Shown here: positions 35,205-40,065 of the stretch, piece by piece
Layout: each line of letters opens with the position of its first letter
Position numbering within the stretch: the stretch's first letter is position 1
NCBI GenBank assembly: GCA_043804515.1
Contig: JAZDIZ010000120.1
Span: 1-40,065, forward strand
Direction of reading: 5' to 3'
Source of the DNA: Pseudomonadota bacterium
Lineage (GTDB): Bacteria > Bdellovibrionota_G > JALEGL01 > DATDPG01
Length of the DNA: 40,065 nucleotides
The notes under the pieces: model-generated
The model's input: only the letters and a program-made list of their open reading frames with translations
Told to the model about the DNA's origin: nothing
Databases searched by the model: none
Made by a program: the position numbers and the translations under genes

Positions 35205-35726
35205 ATGGCCAAAGAGCGCAGAACGCACAAATTCATCAACCGCAACCTCCAAATCCGGATCGCGGGAGAGATCATCCTGCATTCGATCCTGTTTCTGGCC
35301 TTGGTCTGCCTCCTGCTTTTCGCGCCGCCGTTCGTAACCTGGTTCTCCAACTATTCGATCGACGACCACCAGGCGATCGCCAAGGAATTATTCATCCTGA
35401 ATGCTTCGAAATGGCCGCTCTTTCTCCTCCTGGCGATCTTCCTCGGAATCGTCTCCGTTCTCTTCAGCCACCATATCGCCGGCCCGATGTACCACGTGAG
35501 CCGCGTGATCGGGGAGCTGAAGGCGAGGAACCTCGCTGCCCGTGTGCGTTTCCGCAAATGGGATTACCTGAGCGACCTGGAGGCGGGGTTCAACGAGTCG
35601 ATTGCGGTTTGGCAGGAGGACGTGCGTCTCTTTTCGAACTGCTTCAAGGAAATGCGGGGCCAGATGCCTCCCGAAAAGGCCAAGGAGCTGGAGACCATTC
35701 TTAAGGAGTACCGAGGAATCGACTGA
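35205..35726 (+). CDS. Two-TM HAMP-like membrane protein with no output domain
   Basis: AAAGGGAG RBS before ATG 35205; RR..FINRNLQ N-terminus, two TMs, SHHIAGPMYHV...RVRFRKWDYLSDL...FN HAMP-like motif. Confidence 0.75.
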   Translation: MAKERRTHKFINRNLQIRIAGEIILHSILFLALVCLLLFAPPFVTWFSNYSIDDHQAIAKELFILNASKWPLFLLLAIFLGIVSVLFSHHIAGPMYHVSRVIGELKARNLAARVRFRKWDYLSDLEAGFNESIAVWQEDVRLFSNCFKEMRGQMPPEKAKELETILKEYRGID

Positions 35727-36504
35727 GCGGAACGTCGATCGCGCGTTGGCCGAACAAGGCCCAGATCGCGAATCCCAGACAGAGAAACGGCCCGAACGGA
35801 ATCGGGTATCGGCGGCCCTTTCGATAGAAGGCCATCAGGCCGACCCCCACCACCGAGCCCACGAGCGAGCCGTAGAATAGCGCCACGAGCACGCCGGAAA
35901 TGCCTCCGTGGGCTCCGAAGAGAGCCAGGAGCTTCACATCGCCGAATCCGATTCCCTCCCTACCCGAGATCCATTCGTACGCCTTGCCCACCGACCAGAG
36001 GAGCCCCCACCCGAGAGCCGCTCCGACGACGGCCTGCTTGAAGCTGACCCACCACGTAAGGTTCAGCCCGCCTGCGAACGCCGCGATCGTAAGGCCGATC
36101 CAGATCCCCGAGACGGAAATCACGTCCGGAATGATTCGGTGCTCCAGGTCGATCATGCTGCCGATCAGAAGCGCCACCGTCAGCACGAATGCATACAGAG
36201 CCGTGGCACTCACGCCCCTCGATCGGAACAGCCAGAGCGCCGCCACACCCACGAGGACCTCGATGAGCGGATACCGGAGGTTGATTCTCCCGTCGCAGAA
36301 TCGGCACCGAGCCCCGAGCAGGATGTAACTCAGCACGGGAATGTTGTCGTAGAAGGGAATCGGCGTCCCGCAATGCGGGCACATCGATCCGGGATGCACC
36401 ACCGAGGCATACCTAGGAAGGCGATAGATGCAGACGTTGGCGAAACTTCCCACGGCCGCGCCGATGAGAAAGACGACCACGTTCGTTAAAATGTTCAGGA
36501 ACAA
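35701..36504 (-). CDS. pilD: Prepilin peptidase/N-methyltransferase (peptidase A24)
   Basis: GSFANVCIYRLP, CPHC...DNIPVLSY...CRFC, IDLEHRIIPD, GFGDVKL and IPFGPFL motifs. Confidence 0.96.
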   Translation of the reverse strand: MFLNILTNVVVFLIGAAVGSFANVCIYRLPRYASVVHPGSMCPHCGTPIPFYDNIPVLSYILLGARCRFCDGRINLRYPLIEVLVGVAALWLFRSRGVSATALYAFVLTVALLIGSMIDLEHRIIPDVISVSGIWIGLTIAAFAGGLNLTWWVSFKQAVVGAALGWGLLWSVGKAYEWISGREGIGFGDVKLLALFGAHGGISGVLVALFYGSLVGSVVGVGLMAFYRKGRRYPIPFGPFLCLGFAIWALFGQRAIDVPLSRFLGTP

Positions 36505-36696
36505 CTAGCGCGTCCCCCGGAAAAAACCCGGAATCGCCAGGAGCACGACCGCCACGAAGATCCCGGCAAGAGCCGCCACTGCGGTTAACGACCAGAACCA
36601 ACGCCGGATTCCTTCCCGATTCGAACCGAGATAGAGACCGGCGAAGAACAACGGGATCACAACTATCAAGCTTAGAATTTTGAGCGCTGTGGCCAA
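36505..36696 (-). CDS. Small two-TM membrane protein
   Basis: 63 aa with two hydrophobic helices; AGGGGGGA RBS; fills the gap between co-oriented genes. Confidence 0.6.
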   Translation of the reverse strand: MATALKILSLIVVIPLFFAGLYLGSNREGIRRWFWSLTAVAALAGIFVAVVLLAIPGFFRGTR

Positions 36697-36711
36697 GTAT
36701 CGGATCCCCCC

Positions 36712-37344
36712 TTAGGCTTTCAACAACCCCAATACCCAGATCGCAAAAAAGAACGTCAACGCCGCCATCCAAGGCACCGAACGCCTCAAGTTCATCCGGC
36801 CCTCGGCATCATATCCCCTCCAAATCAGAGCGATTGCCGACGCCAGCCAACCCAGGAATCCCATTTCAACCACAAGTGCCCATCCGGTCTTGGGGCGTTC
36901 ATCTTGCTCGAGCAACCCGCGGTGATAAGCGAGCGCCTCGTCCATGCTCCTGGGGGGGGCGTTTGTCGCCTCCTCCCTGGCCCTCAAGACCGCGATTCGT
37001 TCGTTCGCCTTGGAAAGCCAGTCCGGATACGGCTGGTAGATGCCGGCAACGGCGTACAACCCGCCGCGGATCGCCTCATATGCCCGCAACGCCCCCGCCC
37101 CGTCTTTTCCTTCGAACTCCTGCCCCATGGCCCACAAAGCCCGGATCGAACGCCCTACAAACGGGTTCCCCGGGAAGTACCAATGGATCGCGCGGTCCAG
37201 ATGCAGAATTCCCTCCAACGCTTCCCCTCGCGCCATAAGATCCCGTCCGGTGGAATATTCGCGCCTCGCCTCCCACGCACATCGGGCTACGGCGCAAAGG
37301 ACGATCGCCGCAATCGCCGCAATCCAAAGCCGCCCCGCCTTCAT
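36712..37344 (-). CDS. Hypothetical membrane protein (N-terminal TM, helical periplasmic domain, two C-terminal TMs)
   Basis: Likely start MKAGRLW at 37344 with an ATGA overlap with the upstream permease; RAIHWYFPGNP motif. The 548-aa track ORF is over-extended. Confidence 0.75.
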   Translation of the reverse strand: MKAGRLWIAAIAAIVLCAVARCAWEARREYSTGRDLMARGEALEGILHLDRAIHWYFPGNPFVGRSIRALWAMGQEFEGKDGAGALRAYEAIRGGLYAVAGIYQPYPDWLSKANERIAVLRAREEATNAPPRSMDEALAYHRGLLEQDERPKTGWALVVEMGFLGWLASAIALIWRGYDAEGRMNLRRSVPWMAALTFFFAIWVLGLLKA

Positions 37345-38144
37345 TTCAGGTCCTTTCTCCGGAACAGGAGGATCGCCACGAAAAGCAACAGCACGACCCA
37401 GCAAAAGGCGTACAACGCCCCGTTGGCGATCCATGCCCAGCTCACCGGAACGCCGTGCACCACCTGGCCGTTGATGACGAAGTGATCCAGGCTGACCACC
37501 CGCATCAGTGAAACCAGGCCGTCCAGCATCCCGCCTCCCAAGCGCACCCACCCTTCCTTCATCATCAGCTTGTCCGCCTTCGGGCCGAAAATATTCGCGA
37601 AGTCGTCGGTAACGTGCCCCAGGAGCAGGAACGCGATGCTGAAGAGCGCGCTCATGAAGGAAGAGCTGTAGGAAGAGAAAAGCAACGCGACCGCAATGAT
37701 CACGCAAAGCTCGAAGTAAATCATGAGAACGGCTTTGAGGAGGTTGAAATCCAGCGGTTCGACGTAAAGAGACAGGATGCCGAACAGGAGCGCCGTCATC
37801 ACGAACACTTCCAAACCGATCGTGACCGCCAATCCCGCGAACTTTCCGATCACGAACTCCGCGCGAGTGACGGGTTTCGAGAGGATCGTATAAATGGTCC
37901 TTCGCTCGATCTCCTTGTTTACGAGGCCGATTCCGACAAAAATCGCCAGCATGGCCCCCAGGAACATGATGGAGGCGAGCCCCATGTCCTTGATGATCTT
38001 CGTATCCGCGCCGAAGGAAACCTGGCCCAGGAAAAAGGAGAACAGAATGACGCCGACCGTAAAAAAGATGAGTGCATAAAGCACTTTTTGCCGGAGCGCC
38101 TCCCGGTAGGTATTGAGAGCGATCGCCCAAACCCTCGCGATCAT
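37341..38144 (-). CDS. pilI: ABC transporter permease, myxobacterial PilI-like
   Basis: IALNTYREALRQKVLY, DMGL and KEIERRTIYTILSKPVTRAEFVIGKFAG motifs, C-terminal FRRKDL; position upstream of pilD. Confidence 0.85.
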   Translation of the reverse strand: MIARVWAIALNTYREALRQKVLYALIFFTVGVILFSFFLGQVSFGADTKIIKDMGLASIMFLGAMLAIFVGIGLVNKEIERRTIYTILSKPVTRAEFVIGKFAGLAVTIGLEVFVMTALLFGILSLYVEPLDFNLLKAVLMIYFELCVIIAVALLFSSYSSSFMSALFSIAFLLLGHVTDDFANIFGPKADKLMMKEGWVRLGGGMLDGLVSLMRVVSLDHFVINGQVVHGVPVSWAWIANGALYAFCWVVLLLFVAILLFRRKDLK

Positions 38145-39073
38145 GACGCTGCTCCCACGTGTTCCATGAAAAGGTCTTCCAGGGATTCCCGCTGAGGCAC
38201 CACGGACACCAGCGCGAATCCTTTCTGCGAGCCCCACGACAGGATCTCGGGCAACAGCTCCGATTCCCGCGTTGAGAGAACGAATTGGCGCCCCACCACC
38301 CGAAGCGAGACCCGGCCTTCCCACTTCTCCGGATGGGAGGCCGGACCGGAGCCCTCAAAAACGATCTCCATGCTCTTCACTCCGGAACGCACCAGTTCAC
38401 CAAGGGATCCCGAGGCTTTCAGCTTTCCGCGCACGAGAATCGCCACGTCATCGCAGATGGCTTCGACATCCGAGAGGATATGGGAGGAAAAGAAAACCGT
38501 CTTGCCCTGCTCGGCCAGCTTGAGGATGATGTCCCTCATCTCCTTGCGGCCGATCGGATCGAGACCCGACATCGGTTCGTCCAGAATGACCAGTTTGGGA
38601 TCGTTCACCAGGGCCTGCGCTATTCCGATGCGCTGGAACATCCCTTTGGAAAAAAAGCGGAGCTTAAGATCCCGGTCCTTGGAGAGCCCGACCAAGCCCA
38701 AGAGTTCCTCCGTCCGTCGGGCCCTCTCGCTTCTCGACAGGCCGAACAGGCGCCCGTAGAAATCCAGAATTTCCCGGGCTCGGAGAAACTCATAGTAATA
38801 AGCGTTTTCGGGAAGATATCCGACGTCCTTCTTGAACCCGATCTCGCTCACGGAATGTCCGAAAATCCGAGCGCTTCCCGAAGTGGGCCTCAAGAGCCCC
38901 AACAGGATTTTGATCGTCGTCGTCTTGCCGGCCCCGTTCGGACCCACCAATCCGAAGATACCCCCTTCGCGGACGGACAAGGTCAAACCTTCCAGAACGC
39001 GCGACTTCGGCTTCCAAAAATCGGTTGAGAACTCCTTTGTCAGGTCCTGGATGTGGACGGCCGGGGTCATCAT
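38141..39073 (-). CDS. pilH: ABC transporter ATP-binding protein, myxobacterial PilH-like
   Basis: GPNGAGKTT, FSKGMFQR, ILDEPMSGLDPIGR and SSHILSD motifs. Confidence 0.9.
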   Translation of the reverse strand: MMTPAVHIQDLTKEFSTDFWKPKSRVLEGLTLSVREGGIFGLVGPNGAGKTTTIKILLGLLRPTSGSARIFGHSVSEIGFKKDVGYLPENAYYYEFLRAREILDFYGRLFGLSRSERARRTEELLGLVGLSKDRDLKLRFFSKGMFQRIGIAQALVNDPKLVILDEPMSGLDPIGRKEMRDIILKLAEQGKTVFFSSHILSDVEAICDDVAILVRGKLKASGSLGELVRSGVKSMEIVFEGSGPASHPEKWEGRVSLRVVGRQFVLSTRESELLPEILSWGSQKGFALVSVVPQRESLEDLFMEHVGAAS

Positions 39074-40065
39074 GGCAAGCTCTCCACTTCACCATAATCC
39101 CGGAACTCGGGAAAGATCTCGCGCATTTTTTCAAACACGGCCTGCTGCCGCTCGGTCCTTCCCCGTTCACCTTCCCACATTCCGCGCAGGAGCAGGTTCA
39201 ACAACAACGGTTCTCGGGCGTAACCCAAAGGCCTGGGCATCTCGGCAAGAACCCGTGCACTCTCTCCTTCGTACCGAGCCCATTCCCCTTTTGGCTCCTC
39301 GCCGCCCAAGCGGAAAAACCATCCCCTCGGCTCAAGACGGGGAGCGAGAAAACGGTCCTCGGGCCTTAGGGTGTATCGACCGGACTCCTCGCGGAAGATC
39401 GCCAACTCTCGTTCCACGCGCGCCGCGGCCCGTTTCCGGTCCCGAACCGGGAACCGGGCCTCGGACAGGCCTCGGTAGCGCACATCCAGATCCGGCCGGC
39501 GTCCTTCCACAATCTGGCCGTAGCGCAGGAAGCTCAACGTGCTGAAACTCGCGACCGCGAGCTCTGACGAAGGTTCCGGTTCCTCCAGCAGCCGGTGCAT
39601 TTGGCGATTCGCGCTCCAATCGCCCGCCAGGGACTGACGGCTGAAGAATTCTCCTGCGCGCATCAGGGCGAGAGCGCTCACAATAACCGCCAGTGCGATC
39701 CGCCACGGTCGCCCCCGGTCCAGAAAGAAATAAGCTCCCGCGCCGGCCAGAACCAAAAGAATCCACGAGGACACAAGAAGGTAGCCCCCGGCGTCGGGAT
39801 TCTGCGGCCAAAAGTTCGTCATCGCCGCCAGCGGAGCCAGGCCCAACAGAAGAGAGATCCCGATTCGGGAAGCCTCACCGTCGCGCCTTCGTGCAAGCAC
39901 CGCCATCCCCCACGCCGCCAGGAACACGCCTAAAGGAGTCAGTACGTCGATAAGAAGCCGCGAAATGCCCCAGACGTTCTTAAAGGCGCTCAAGATCCCC
40001 GGTTGCTCGTAGGCCTTATAGAGCCTCCCCTCCAGAAACCAGAGAAGCCGTTCCCCATCCATCGG
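39070..40065 (-). CDS. 5'-truncated multi-TM protein, DUF2723/TMEM260-like (putative GT-C glycosyltransferase)
   Basis: Frame is open at the window edge; several TMs then LRYGQIVEGRRPDLDV, resembling the YxQxVEGxRPDV motif of DUF2723 proteins; helical C-terminus. Confidence 0.55.
   Translation of the reverse strand, partial: PMDGERLLWFLEGRLYKAYEQPGILSAFKNVWGISRLLIDVLTPLGVFLAAWGMAVLARRRDGEASRIGISLLLGLAPLAAMTNFWPQNPDAGGYLLVSSWILLVLAGAGAYFFLDRGRPWRIALAVIVSALALMRAGEFFSRQSLAGDWSANRQMHRLLEEPEPSSELAVASFSTLSFLRYGQIVEGRRPDLDVRYRGLSEARFPVRDRKRAAARVERELAIFREESGRYTLRPEDRFLAPRLEPRGWFFRLGGEEPKGEWARYEGESARVLAEMPRPLGYAREPLLLNLLLRGMWEGERGRTERQQAVFEKMREIFPEFRDYGEVESLP

Noticed and set aside
37345..38358. N-terminal extension of the 548-aa track ORF (36712-38358)
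   Set aside because: Overlaps pilI and pilH in another frame; the plausible start is the ATGA-coupled ATG at 37344.

Overview
GC-rich (roughly 60%) bacterial chromosomal segment whose gene content resembles Deltaproteobacteria, Myxococcota or Bdellovibrionota (taxonomy is inference). From left to right: a 3'-truncated tmRNA (minus strand, 1-324); a basic/acidic histone-like protein and a P-loop kinase; a cluster of exported proteins (metzincin protease with an unusual membrane anchor, its partner, an SH3 + beta-barrel protein, two lipoproteins); a head-to-head pair of giant TPR genes (about 1540 aa exported, 2769 aa cytoplasmic AgmK/GltI-like) plus an FHA-TM-TonB_C gene, bracketed by two related ~200-bp heptamer-rich intergenic elements in inverted orientation; the housekeeping run icd-mdh-sucC-sucD-ndk-rlmN-mtnP-(orf)-tgl/pilF-rodZ; a DUF47-PiT phosphate transporter pair; a structured non-coding interval (32533-32907); and the tail of a type IV pilus locus (DUF2723-like protein, PilH/PilI-like ABC transporter, pilD, a sigma54 activator lacking its phospho-acceptor Asp, a lone PilV-like pilin). 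No CRISPR array, transposase, integrase, rRNA or tRNA was seen. All family calls come from motif recognition by eye; no database searches were run.
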